Source: Alphaproteobacteria bacterium (GTDB lineage Bacteria; Pseudomonadota; Alphaproteobacteria; CAISOG01). Taken from it: DNA of 64,000 bases. The notes below the pieces were generated by a model, which saw nothing but the letters and a program-made list of their open reading frames with translations, was not told the origin of the DNA and searched no databases. Every line of letters starts with the position of its first letter. The stretch's first letter is position 1. This document shows positions 19,987 to 29,785 of this stretch, piece by piece. The position numbers and the translations under genes were made by a program. The stretch is taken from positions 1,907 to 65,906 of the forward strand of contig JBILMH010000003.1 in NCBI GenBank assembly GCA_044375625.1, in the 5' to 3' direction.

Positions 19987-22900
19987 GTGATGCGTCGTTG
20001 TCTGTTTGCGTTATTCCTTATAACTGTTTGGCCAGCATTGGTGATGGCACAAGACCTTGGGTCTGAGACAGAGAATGAGGGCGCAACGCAAACAAAGGAA
20101 TTGCGGATTTTGCGGGTGACGCCTGATGGTGAGGATGTGGAGCCAGGGCGGCAGATTGTTTTGCAATTCAACCGCCCTGTTGTGCCAATTGGCAGTATGG
20201 AGCGATCCAGTGCCGATATCCCCATTGAGATTGAGCCGAAATTGAACTGTCAATGGCGGTGGCTGAACACCTCTGCTTTGTCATGCAACCTGAATGACAA
20301 TGATACCATGAAGCAGGCAACGCTGTATCGCCTGGTCATGAAGCCAGGCATCAAAGCAGAAGATGGGCGTACGATTGCTGAGGCGTTTACCCATGAGTTT
20401 GTAACAAAACGTCCCGATATTGATTATGTCCGTATTCAAAAATGGCTGGCACCTGGCACCCCTGTAATCCGGGCGGTCTTTAACCAATCGGTCACCCAGA
20501 AATCGGTTGAAGCCAGCCTGGTGATTGGTCAGGAAAAGAATCCGACCGCCAAGACCTATGCGCTTAAGGTTGAAGTAGACCCAGAGGAAACAGAACCGCC
20601 AAGCTATCTTCCCCTGCCGGGCACTAAGATATGGGCATTCTTTGGCGCACAAAAAGCTCAAAAAAGTGATGAGGATCTGCGCAAATCGGGCGCTGAGGAG
20701 GCGCGGCGGGTTTGGTTAATCACGCCGAAAAAAGAGCTGCCGTTGGATACATCCATGAATCTAAGGATCAGACCAGGTCTGATTTCGGCTATGGGGTCAG
20801 AGCAGGGGATTGCTGATCGGTCTGCATTAAGCTTTCAAACCTTCCCAGCCTTCGCGTTTTTGGGCGTTCAATGTGTCTCAAACGCGGGGGACAAGCTTCT
20901 TTTCGAGTCTAAGAAAAGTCAGACGGGTCTTTGCAACCCCATGGCGCCCATTTCTTTGGTATTCAGCAGTCCTGTTTTGCGTTCAGAAATTCGCAAGAAC
21001 GCCCGCATAATATTAAATGAAAACGGCAAAGCTGGATCCATGAGTTTGGACGATTTATGGGCAGAAAACAATTATTCCCGATTAAATGGTGAACATGAAT
21101 TGGGCGAAACCTACGCCATCAATCTTCCCTATGGTCTTAAGGCGGCGGCCGAATACACGGTTAAAAGTACGTCACTGGAAAGGGGCTTTTTTGAAAAAAT
21201 CTGGCGGTGGATTAGGGCGCTGTTTGTTAAGGGTATCGATACAGAAATTAAGGATGAATTTGATCGTAAGCTGCTGAATCCTATTGATGTAATTTTTAGA
21301 ACCGATCATCGGTTGCCGAATTTTGAAATTGTCCACAATACCGCGGTGTTGGAAAAACAAATCGACAGTGAGGTGCCGCTGTACGTCAACAATTTGACCA
21401 AGACTAGCTTTTCCTATCGCATGGTGACGGCTGATGGCGCCAAAACAGGACTAACAGCGACCCAGGCTGTTCCCGAAGTTCAGGATAAGCAGTTTGCCAT
21501 TCCCTTTAATGTTCGCCAAATGCTGAACAACAAAAGTGGGGCGGTTTTTGGCACGCTTAGCACCGAACCAATAGTAAGCAAATATCCTGGCGATCATCAG
21601 CTGTTTGCCCAGGTGACGCCCTATCAACTGCACCTAAAGCTGGGGCATTTTAACAGTGCTTTGTGGGTTGCGGATATGGCGACTGGTCAACCAGTTGCCA
21701 ACGCAAAGGTCACGATTTACAGGGACAAAATTTCTGAAATCAGCGCGGGTCAGCCGCCCTTAGCTCAATCAACAACCGATGCCAATGGGGTGGCGATGCT
21801 GGATGGCACGGAAAAGCTGGATCCGTCACTTAATCTGGCCAGAAGCTATCGCACAAAGGATGAATCCCTATTTGTGCGCGTACAAAAAGACGGTGAGATT
21901 GCCATCCTGCCCGTTCATTCGATGTTTGTTATCGATTCGTATCGTTCCGTTGGGGAAAGTGTTTATGCCCAAAATCGCAAAATCCAGGGGCATATGGTTA
22001 CTTGGGGCACCACGGCGCAGGGGGTTTATCGCGCCGGCGATACGATCCAGTACAAATTGTATGTGCGTAACCAGAACAATCGTACCTTGGTACCCGCCCC
22101 CCGATCGGGCTATACCTTAGAAATTCTTGATCCCACCGACAACAAGGTTTTTGAAAAACAGGCAATAACCTTGGGGGAATTTGGTGATTATGCGGGCGAA
22201 TTTCCGATTCCTAAGCAGGGTGCTGTTGGGTGGTATCAATTCCGCCTTTCAGCCGATTTTTCTGATCCAAAAACCAAGGATGCTAAGCATGCCGAAGATA
22301 AGAAAAACAATGCCGGCAATGAAGACGAAGAAGACCAGGATCAAAACAGCGACAAATTCACCTGGTACCCGCTGCGCGTGCTGGTCAGCGATTTTACCCC
22401 GTCGACATTTCGGGTAACCAATCAGATTAACGGCGATTTGTTCCGTTATGGACAGGATGTTGAGGTCGGTACCCAGGCAAAATTGCACTCTGGCGGCGCT
22501 TATCCCGACGCCAACATGAGCGTGACAGCGGTTTTGGAAGGCAAGCCCTTTGCCTCCAAAAACCCTGTGGCCAAGGATTTTACCTTTGACAGTTACGAAG
22601 GGGGGCAAAGCCAAAAACAGCTGGTGCAAAAAATTGCCCGCGTCGATAGCAAGGGTGAAAACACCCTGTCCTTCACCCTGCCCAAGGAATCGATCTATTT
22701 CGGCCGATTGATGATTGAAAGCGCGGTGCAGGATGATCGGGGCAAAAATGTTGCCGCCCAATCCTATGCCGACTATGCGGGGGTGGATCGATTTGTTGGC
22801 TTAAAAATTGCCGATTGGATTGTGACAGCGGGCAAACCCACTTTGATTGATTATCTGGTTGTGGATGAGCGGGGCAATCCCGCTGCTGGCACGGCGGTGG

Positions 22901-25900
22901 ATATTGCGATTGAGCGTCAAGAAACCAAGGCGGCAAAGGTTAAGGGGGCGGGCAATGCCTATGTCACCGAATATAACAACGAATGGGTAGCGGTTAGCAG
23001 CTGTAAGGGGCAATCCCGCCTGCAATCCAACAGCTGTGACTTTGTGCCCAAGGATCCAGGCTATTATCGCGCAACCGCCAGCATAAAGGATAGTAACGGT
23101 AATGAGCATAAAACCCAGATCAGCCTGTATGTGGTTGGCCAGGGGCATGTGCTGTGGAACGAGTCGAACGACTATTCCCTGGAGGTTGTGCCCGAAAAAC
23201 CAACCTATAAGGTCGGGGATAGGGCGCGTTACCTAATCAAAAACCCCTATCCAGGCGCCAAGGCACTGGTGACGATTGAGCGCTATGGGGTGCTGGATCA
23301 TTTTGTGCAAACCCTGGAAGGCAGCACGCCGGTTATCGAGTTTGAGGTGAAGCCCGATTATATCCCTGGTTTTTACCTGTCGGTGGTCGTTTTTTCACCC
23401 CGTGTTGATAAACCTATTGAAAATCAGGTGGATTTAGGCAAACCATCGTTCCGCATGGGCTATGTAACTGTGCCGATTCAAGATCCTTATAAAGAGGTGT
23501 TGGTGACCGCCAAAACCGATCGGGAGGTTTATAAACCACGGGAAAAAGTTAAGCTATCGCTGCATGCAGAGCCCAGAACAAAAGATACCAAGGATCCCAT
23601 TCAGCTGGCCGTGGCGGTGGTCGATGAATCGGTGTTTGACCTGGTGGCGGGTGGCAAAAGCTATTACGACCCGTATCAGGGGTTTTACAAGTTGCAAGGG
23701 TTGGATTTACGCAATTACAGCCTGCTAACCCGTTTGATTGGCCGTCAGAAATTTGAGAAAAAGGGCGCTAACCCAGGCGGTGACGGCGGATCCGATCTGG
23801 CCATGCGCAACCAATTCAAATTTGTCAGCTATTGGAACTCATCCATCACCCTGGATAATCAGGGCAACGCCCAGGTGGAATTTGAGGTGCCCGACAATCT
23901 GACCGGCTGGCGGGTGCTGGCCATGGCGGTCACCAAAACCGATCGCATGGGGTTGGGCGATGCCAACTTTAAGGTCAATCGCCCGACGGAGGTGCGCCCC
24001 GTCATGCCGAACCAAGTTACGGAGGGCGACAGCTTTAAGGCTGGCTTTAGCGTGATGAATCGCACCGATAAGAAACGCGAGCTTGAGGTTGTCCTTAGTG
24101 CATCAGGCGATGTTGACCTGAAGGATGGGGCGGCAGCCACCCTGACCCAGAAAGTGACGCTGGATCCCTATAAACGCACCACGGTTTGGATGCCGTTGCA
24201 GGTCAAAGCCCTCGATGCCAGCCGTGAGGCAGAAACGGGTGCCATCAATTTCCGTGCAACCGCGCGCGATGCGCTGGATGGTGACGGCGTTGAGCATAAA
24301 TTGGTGATTCACAAACGGCGTTCGTTGGAAACCGCCGCCAACTATGGCACCACCACCGACAACAGGTTCGAAGAATCGATTAAATTTCCTGATAAAATTC
24401 ATGGGGATATTGGCAATGTTAGCATTGTGGCCGCTCCCTCTGTGATTGGCAATTTGGAGGGCGCCTTTAAGTATCTGCGTGACTATCCCTATGAATGTTG
24501 GGAACAAAAATTAACCAAGGCGGTGATGGCATCCCATTTTGTTAATCTGCGCGCCTATATGCCAAAGGATTTTGCATGGACGGACGCCGAAAAACTGCCC
24601 GACGATCTGTTAAAACAGGCCGCCAATTTTCAGGCGCCCAATGGCGGCATGGCCTATTTCATTCCGCAAGATCAGTATGTTGACCCTTATTTAAGTGCCT
24701 ATACAGCCTTGGCCTTTAACTGGCTGAAGAAAAGCGGATACAGCATTCCCAAAGAAGTGGAATCAAAGCTGCACAAGTACCTGGCCAATTTCCTAAAACA
24801 GGATAGCTATCCCGATTTCTATAATCAGGATATGGCCTCAACCGTTCGCGCGGTAGCCTTGGCCGCCCTGGCAGAGAACAACGCGGCGGGTAACACCAAC
24901 ATTACCCTGGCGGATTTGGAGCGCTATCGGCCGCATGTTGCCCGCATGAGCCTGTTTGGCAAGACCTATTTTGTTCAGGCGGCAATGCGCGTTCAAGGCG
25001 GCGACAAATATGTGACAGAGGTCACCAATCTGATTCTGTCGCACGCCAATCAGTCTGGCGGCAAATTCACCTTTAGCGAGCAGTTGGATGACAGCTACAG
25101 CCGCATTCTTGCCAGCCCTCTGCGGGAAAATTGCGCCATTCTGTCAACCCTGACGGCGCTGAAAGATCACAAGACCGCCAAGCCATTGGTTGAGGATATT
25201 CCCTTTAAGCTGGTGCGGATGATTACCCAGGCACGCGGCAGCCGCACCCATTGGGAAAATACCCAGGAAAATGTGTTCTGCATGAACGGCCTGGTGGACT
25301 ATGCCCGCGCCTATGAAAATGTTGCTCCCAACATGCAGGTGACGGTCAAATTGGATGAAAAGCCCTTTGGCGAAACCAAATTTGCCGATGTTCGGGATGC
25401 CCCCGCCACCTTTGTCCGCAACATCGAAAAGGCCGATGTGGGCAGAAGCGCTAAGGCCAGTATTGAACGGCAGGGGGATGGCCGCCTGTACTATGCCACC
25501 CGCCTAAGCTATGCCCCGCTTGCTGAGCACGCCACCTATACCAATGCGGGTATAGGAATTAGGCGGGAATACAGTGTTGAGCGTGATGGCAAATGGCAAT
25601 TGTTGAAATCCCCATTCACCATCAAACAGTCCGAGTTGGTGCGGGTTGACCTGTACCTCTCGTTGCCGGCCGCCCGCAATTTTGTGGTTGTCGATGACCC
25701 CGTTCCAGGCGGGTTAGAGCCTGTGAACCGTGATTTGGCCACCGCCTCAATCGTTGATGCCGATAAGGGGGAATTCCAGGCCGCGGGCGGATCCTGGTGG
25801 TTCCAATATTCGGACTGGATTGGCTATAACCTGTCGCGGTGGAGCTTTTATCACCAGGAATTGCGCCATGATGCCGTGCGGTTCTATTCGGATTACTTAG

Positions 25901-26052
25901 ATCCCGGCAATTACCATCTGTCCTACACCGCGCAGGCGATTGCGCCGGGCAGCTTTGTGGTCATGCCCACCAATGCCGTTGAAATGTATGACCCCGATGT
26001 GTATGGCAAGGGGGTGGTGGACAGATTGGATATCGATGGCGGGCAGCCGTAA
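19987..26052 (+). CDS. Alpha-2-macroglobulin family protein (thioester-type, YfhM-like), 2021 aa
   Basis: Signal peptide, MG-domain-like repeats, CxEQ thioester-like motif (YPYECWEQK). The conserved pairing with pbpC immediately downstream supports the call. Confidence 0.8.
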   Translation: MMRRCLFALFLITVWPALVMAQDLGSETENEGATQTKELRILRVTPDGEDVEPGRQIVLQFNRPVVPIGSMERSSADIPIEIEPKLNCQWRWLNTSALSCNLNDNDTMKQATLYRLVMKPGIKAEDGRTIAEAFTHEFVTKRPDIDYVRIQKWLAPGTPVIRAVFNQSVTQKSVEASLVIGQEKNPTAKTYALKVEVDPEETEPPSYLPLPGTKIWAFFGAQKAQKSDEDLRKSGAEEARRVWLITPKKELPLDTSMNLRIRPGLISAMGSEQGIADRSALSFQTFPAFAFLGVQCVSNAGDKLLFESKKSQTGLCNPMAPISLVFSSPVLRSEIRKNARIILNENGKAGSMSLDDLWAENNYSRLNGEHELGETYAINLPYGLKAAAEYTVKSTSLERGFFEKIWRWIRALFVKGIDTEIKDEFDRKLLNPIDVIFRTDHRLPNFEIVHNTAVLEKQIDSEVPLYVNNLTKTSFSYRMVTADGAKTGLTATQAVPEVQDKQFAIPFNVRQMLNNKSGAVFGTLSTEPIVSKYPGDHQLFAQVTPYQLHLKLGHFNSALWVADMATGQPVANAKVTIYRDKISEISAGQPPLAQSTTDANGVAMLDGTEKLDPSLNLARSYRTKDESLFVRVQKDGEIAILPVHSMFVIDSYRSVGESVYAQNRKIQGHMVTWGTTAQGVYRAGDTIQYKLYVRNQNNRTLVPAPRSGYTLEILDPTDNKVFEKQAITLGEFGDYAGEFPIPKQGAVGWYQFRLSADFSDPKTKDAKHAEDKKNNAGNEDEEDQDQNSDKFTWYPLRVLVSDFTPSTFRVTNQINGDLFRYGQDVEVGTQAKLHSGGAYPDANMSVTAVLEGKPFASKNPVAKDFTFDSYEGGQSQKQLVQKIARVDSKGENTLSFTLPKESIYFGRLMIESAVQDDRGKNVAAQSYADYAGVDRFVGLKIADWIVTAGKPTLIDYLVVDERGNPAAGTAVDIAIERQETKAAKVKGAGNAYVTEYNNEWVAVSSCKGQSRLQSNSCDFVPKDPGYYRATASIKDSNGNEHKTQISLYVVGQGHVLWNESNDYSLEVVPEKPTYKVGDRARYLIKNPYPGAKALVTIERYGVLDHFVQTLEGSTPVIEFEVKPDYIPGFYLSVVVFSPRVDKPIENQVDLGKPSFRMGYVTVPIQDPYKEVLVTAKTDREVYKPREKVKLSLHAEPRTKDTKDPIQLAVAVVDESVFDLVAGGKSYYDPYQGFYKLQGLDLRNYSLLTRLIGRQKFEKKGANPGGDGGSDLAMRNQFKFVSYWNSSITLDNQGNAQVEFEVPDNLTGWRVLAMAVTKTDRMGLGDANFKVNRPTEVRPVMPNQVTEGDSFKAGFSVMNRTDKKRELEVVLSASGDVDLKDGAAATLTQKVTLDPYKRTTVWMPLQVKALDASREAETGAINFRATARDALDGDGVEHKLVIHKRRSLETAANYGTTTDNRFEESIKFPDKIHGDIGNVSIVAAPSVIGNLEGAFKYLRDYPYECWEQKLTKAVMASHFVNLRAYMPKDFAWTDAEKLPDDLLKQAANFQAPNGGMAYFIPQDQYVDPYLSAYTALAFNWLKKSGYSIPKEVESKLHKYLANFLKQDSYPDFYNQDMASTVRAVALAALAENNAAGNTNITLADLERYRPHVARMSLFGKTYFVQAAMRVQGGDKYVTEVTNLILSHANQSGGKFTFSEQLDDSYSRILASPLRENCAILSTLTALKDHKTAKPLVEDIPFKLVRMITQARGSRTHWENTQENVFCMNGLVDYARAYENVAPNMQVTVKLDEKPFGETKFADVRDAPATFVRNIEKADVGRSAKASIERQGDGRLYYATRLSYAPLAEHATYTNAGIGIRREYSVERDGKWQLLKSPFTIKQSELVRVDLYLSLPAARNFVVVDDPVPGGLEPVNRDLATASIVDADKGEFQAAGGSWWFQYSDWIGYNLSRWSFYHQELRHDAVRFYSDYLDPGNYHLSYTAQAIAPGSFVVMPTNAVEMYDPDVYGKGVVDRLDIDGGQP

Positions 26053-26055
26053 GGC

Positions 26056-28263
26056 ATGGCCAACATGCGAAAAACCCTTCGCTGGTGCGCGCGCTGTCTG
26101 CTCATCCTGCTGCTGATTTTTATCGGCAAAACGGCGATCGATTATGCGTCGCCCTATCGTGATTTTCACAGCGTTCGATCCGATGCCAACGCCATCCAGA
26201 TTTTGGATCGCCATGGCCAACCCCTGACCTTTACCTATCAAAACCGCTGGAATACCAGTGATGCTGTCGCCCTGCATGAGATGCCAGAGCTGTTGCAAAA
26301 TGCCTTTATCTTGTCTGAGGATAAGCGGTTTTATCAACACAGCGGCGTCGATTGGGTCGCGCGGGGCAGCGCGCTGTGGCACCGATGGATACAGGGTTAT
26401 GCCGCCCGTGGTGCCAGCACGATTACGGAGCAGGTGGTGCGGATGATTCATCCCCGCCCCCGCACCTTTTGGTCAAAATGGCTAGAAGGTCTTGAGGCGT
26501 TATCGTTGGAGATGCGTGTCAGCAAGCCCGCCATCCTGGAATTCTATCTGAACCAGGTGCCCTATGCCGCCAACCGCCGCGGGGTGGTGCAGGCCGCCCG
26601 ATATTATTTCAACCGCGACATCAACACCCTGAATACGAAAGAGATTTTGGCGCTGGCCGTATTGGTGCGCGCGCCATCCAAATTTGACCTGTTCGACGGC
26701 AAAATTCAGATTGAGGAATCGATCAAAAGGCTTGCCGAAACCATGGTGCAGGCGGGACAAATGGATGAAGCCCTTTTGCAGGGGTTAAGCCGCTATGACT
26801 TGGCGTTGGAAAGCGCCAGCCTGTCGGTGCAGGCCTTTCATTTTGTCGATTATATTCGTGACCATACGGGCGCATCGCATGGCGGCGGCCAGGCCAAAAT
26901 GGTCACCACCCTGGATGCATCGTTGCAGCAGTTTGTGCAAAGCCTGCTGGAAAGCCGATTGCAGGCCTTGGCATCACGCCAAATAACCCAGGCGGCCGCG
27001 TTGGTGGTTGATCGGCAAACGCATGAGATTTTGGCCTGGGTATCGGTGGGTAAAGAGTGCAAGCCCAGCAACAATCAGGCGCCAGGGTGTAAGATCGATA
27101 TGGTGACGGTGCCGCGTCAGCCTGGATCCGCCCTGAAACCCTTTTTGTACGCCGCCGCTTTGGAAAAGGGCTGGACACCGGCGACTGTTATTGAGGATGC
27201 GCCATTTTCCGACATGGTGGGGCGGGGCATCCATCATTTTCATAACTACAGCAACACCTATTACGGCAGGGTTACCCTGCGCACCGCCCTGGGCAACTCG
27301 CTGAACATTCCCGCCCTGCACGCCATCAATTTTGTCACGCCCACCAGCTATCTGGTGACCCTACACGCCCTGGGGTTTTCCACCCTTAGGAAGGGTGCCG
27401 ATTTCTATGATGACGGGCTGGCGCTGGGCAATGGAGAGGTCAGCCTGCTGGAATTGGTGCAGGCCTACAGCGCCCTGGCCAATCGCGGGGTATTTCAACC
27501 GCTAACCATGACCTTTTACCGCGATGATCCGGTCATAAGCCGCCGCGTTTTTTCTGAGGAGGTCAGCTCGCTAATCGGCAACATCCTGTCCGACCCATGG
27601 GCGCGCATGTTGGAATTCGGGCGCAGCAGTGTTTTGAACCTGCCCACCCAAACCGCCTTTAAGACTGGCACCTCAACCGATTATCGGGACGCCTGGGCGA
27701 TTGGCTATAACCATCGTTATGTCGCGGGTATATGGATGGGCAATGCCGATTACACCCCCACCGATGGCATTACCGGATCCTTGGGGCCATCCCTGGCCTT
27801 GCGCGGGATTTTCAGCGAATTGAATCAGCATGGTGAAACCGCCCCCCTGTATTTAAGCCCCAAATTGGTGACCAGGGATGTTTGCATCGATGTGACAGAA
27901 ATGGATCAGGATGCCCCCGATTGTTTGGCGCGCACCGAATATTTCCTGGCCGATTCCCTGCCGATTCAGGGTGACAGCCGCCGCCCAACCGCCAGCATTC
28001 AGATTGCCAGACCCGCCAACAACCTGGAAATGGCCTTTGACCCACGCATACCGCCCGAAAAACAGGCCTTTGAAATGCGGTTGAGTGGGGTGTTGGATAC
28101 GGATCAGGTGGAATGGACGGTTAACGACCAACGCTTTGCCAAAACCATGGGCGCCAAGTTTTTGTGGCCAATGACCCGTGGCCGCCACAGCGTCACCGCT
28201 ACCGTTTGGCGCAATGGCCAACCCCTAATCACCCTTGATCGCCAGAATTTTTGGGTGAAGTGA
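26056..28263 (+). CDS. pbpC: Penicillin-binding protein 1C (transglycosylase/transpeptidase)
   Basis: N-terminal TM, GT51 motifs (EDKRFYQHSGVD, ARGASTITEQV), transpeptidase domain and a PBP1C C-terminal domain. 735 aa. Confidence 0.85.
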   Translation: MANMRKTLRWCARCLLILLLIFIGKTAIDYASPYRDFHSVRSDANAIQILDRHGQPLTFTYQNRWNTSDAVALHEMPELLQNAFILSEDKRFYQHSGVDWVARGSALWHRWIQGYAARGASTITEQVVRMIHPRPRTFWSKWLEGLEALSLEMRVSKPAILEFYLNQVPYAANRRGVVQAARYYFNRDINTLNTKEILALAVLVRAPSKFDLFDGKIQIEESIKRLAETMVQAGQMDEALLQGLSRYDLALESASLSVQAFHFVDYIRDHTGASHGGGQAKMVTTLDASLQQFVQSLLESRLQALASRQITQAAALVVDRQTHEILAWVSVGKECKPSNNQAPGCKIDMVTVPRQPGSALKPFLYAAALEKGWTPATVIEDAPFSDMVGRGIHHFHNYSNTYYGRVTLRTALGNSLNIPALHAINFVTPTSYLVTLHALGFSTLRKGADFYDDGLALGNGEVSLLELVQAYSALANRGVFQPLTMTFYRDDPVISRRVFSEEVSSLIGNILSDPWARMLEFGRSSVLNLPTQTAFKTGTSTDYRDAWAIGYNHRYVAGIWMGNADYTPTDGITGSLGPSLALRGIFSELNQHGETAPLYLSPKLVTRDVCIDVTEMDQDAPDCLARTEYFLADSLPIQGDSRRPTASIQIARPANNLEMAFDPRIPPEKQAFEMRLSGVLDTDQVEWTVNDQRFAKTMGAKFLWPMTRGRHSVTATVWRNGQPLITLDRQNFWVK

Positions 28264-28367
28264 TCGGGGATGGGGAGGTGTTTAGTCCTACGATGAAGAG
28301 GTTCGGGGGGCGGCGGGGGCGATGCGGCTATGGGCAAATCCCCGCATTGTTCCCCCTATCATTCTCC

Positions 28368-28424
28368 CTTGGCTTCCTCTGGGCTTTCCCCCTGGGCTTT
28401 CCCTTGGGCTTCCCCTTTGGCCTA
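28368..28424. repeat. Four tandem ~12-bp GC-rich repeats (GGGCTTYCCCYT) in a non-coding spacer
   Basis: ggcttcctct gggctttccccct gggctttccctt gggcttcccctt read directly. Confidence 0.7.
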
Positions 28425-28576
28425 GCTGTTTCTAGGGTTTGTTTTGTCATGGTTTTTGTGCGGGTTTCGTACACTTGCCGAATCGATAACGTCGGTTTAC
28501 CCTGATGGGGATAGGTTGGAAGATTGGGTGAGGCCTGGGTGTTCGAAAAGCTGGCGGGCGTAGCGTCAAAACGGCC

Positions 28577-28595
28577 GAGGGGGGCAACCCCCCTC
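28577..28595. other. Perfect 8-bp G/C stem hairpin with 3-nt loop (GAGGGGGG-CAA-CCCCCCTC)
   Basis: Read directly. No U-tract follows, so it is not a canonical terminator. Confidence 0.6.
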
Positions 28596-28676
28596 CGTGC
28601 GTTCGAATCTCCCCGCTTTCCTCCATCACCCGCCCGCGATACCCAAAACGCTGATGGGACAATTAGGAAGAAAGAG

Positions 28677-28895
28677 ATGGCTAATGATGCCAATATAACT
28701 CGCCAGAACCACTATGTTCCTGAGTTGTATCAAAAACAGTTCTTAATTCACGCCAGCATTTGTGGGAACATAAAAGACATGTATGCGGAAAAAAGTGAGC
28801 GGCTGACGGATCAAGAGGCAGTGACGGCTGCCAATAATGTACTGAGGTTTTGCGAAAAAGTGGTCGAAATCAGAAGCAGGGAGGAAAAGATATAA
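28677..28895 (+). CDS. Small hypothetical protein (72 aa), first gene of AT-rich cassette
   Basis: ATG 28677 with AGGAAG 6 nt upstream. Stop TAA overlaps the next ATG (TAATG). AT-rich relative to its surroundings. Confidence 0.5.
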   Translation: MANDANITRQNHYVPELYQKQFLIHASICGNIKDMYAEKSERLTDQEAVTAANNVLRFCEKVVEIRSREEKI

Positions 28896-29605
28896 TGCCT
28901 ATATTAGTTGCCGATTGTCCCAGATGCGGCTCTTCGCATATGACTTTTGATGTACAGAGCTATAACGATTTAGGAACCGAATACGGGTGGCAGCGCTGGT
29001 GTGAACTTTTTTCGGTTTGCAGAAAGTGTCATGCGGCAACTAATTTTATTGTTGCACAAAGACCTGATAGTGATAGCGGGTTACATGCGTATCGCGATGC
29101 CAAAAAAATCATGGAACTCAAAAATTCTATTAATGATGATTTTCGAGTTGAACGTTTTGTAAGCTTAAGAGATCAATCAAAATATTCGCCACCTGAATTT
29201 GTTCCAGAAAATATAAAATCTATTTTTGTTGAAGGAACTGTTTGCTTGTCAGTAGAATGTTGGAACGCTGCTGGTACTATGTTTCGCCAATGCTTAGATT
29301 TGGCAACTAAACCAATGTTGCCCAAAGAAGAAACGGAAGGTTTAAACGATCATAAACGTCGTAACTTAGCCCCAAGGTTAACTTGGCTATTTGAAAATAA
29401 AATACTGCCGGATAATTTAAAAAGTTTAGCAGATTGTATCAGAGAAGATGGCAATGATGCTGCACATGATGGAACATTAGAAAAAACTGACTGTATGGAT
29501 TTGCTCGATTTTACTGCAGCACTACTTGAGCGTATTTACACAGAACCGGAAAAAATTAAATTGGCAGAGCAAAGAAGATTAGAGCGACGAGCAAAATCCA
29601 ATTGA
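28895..29605 (+). CDS. Zn-ribbon plus HEPN-like (DUF4145-like) protein, 236 aa; candidate defence/toxin component
   Basis: ATG 28895 with GGGAGG 10 nt upstream. N-terminal CPRC...CRKC zinc-ribbon. C-terminal IREDGNDAAHDG resembles the R-x(n)-N-x-x-x-H HEPN-type motif seen in DUF4145 proteins. AT-rich. Confidence 0.55.
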   Translation: MPILVADCPRCGSSHMTFDVQSYNDLGTEYGWQRWCELFSVCRKCHAATNFIVAQRPDSDSGLHAYRDAKKIMELKNSINDDFRVERFVSLRDQSKYSPPEFVPENIKSIFVEGTVCLSVECWNAAGTMFRQCLDLATKPMLPKEETEGLNDHKRRNLAPRLTWLFENKILPDNLKSLADCIREDGNDAAHDGTLEKTDCMDLLDFTAALLERIYTEPEKIKLAEQRRLERRAKSN

Positions 29606-29785
29606 ATAATAAGTGGCCTAGGCTCAGGATAGGTTCGCATAGCGTCTACAACACCCCCCCCCACCCCCCCCAATTTTCCCCCCATCCCTCACCAAAATGG
29701 TGTAGACTGTGCGCAGGGGGCGGGGCTAGGGTAGGCGACAGGTTGCCCTGCTTGGCCTTTGGAATTGGCAATAGGAGTCAGGAAA

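Noticed and set aside
28551-28630. tRNA-like 3' fragment (GTTCGAATC followed by ...TTCCTCCA), which would have implied an integration att site
   Set aside because: No complementary T-stem or acceptor stem can be drawn. The adjacent hairpin has a 3-nt loop and is not a T-arm. I kept it only as a motif note.
28251-28693. ORFs 28251-28505 (+) and 28328-28693 (-, KPKGKPKGKPRGK)
   Set aside because: They arise from the GC-rich tandem-repeat spacer. No RBS or start context, and the repeats explain the periodic peptide.
28677-28720. N-terminus MANDANI... resembling an alphaproteobacterial tmRNA tag (ANDN...)
   Set aside because: The frame continues for 72 codons with no LAA-stop tag ending, and a good SD precedes it. 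It is a normal small ORF.
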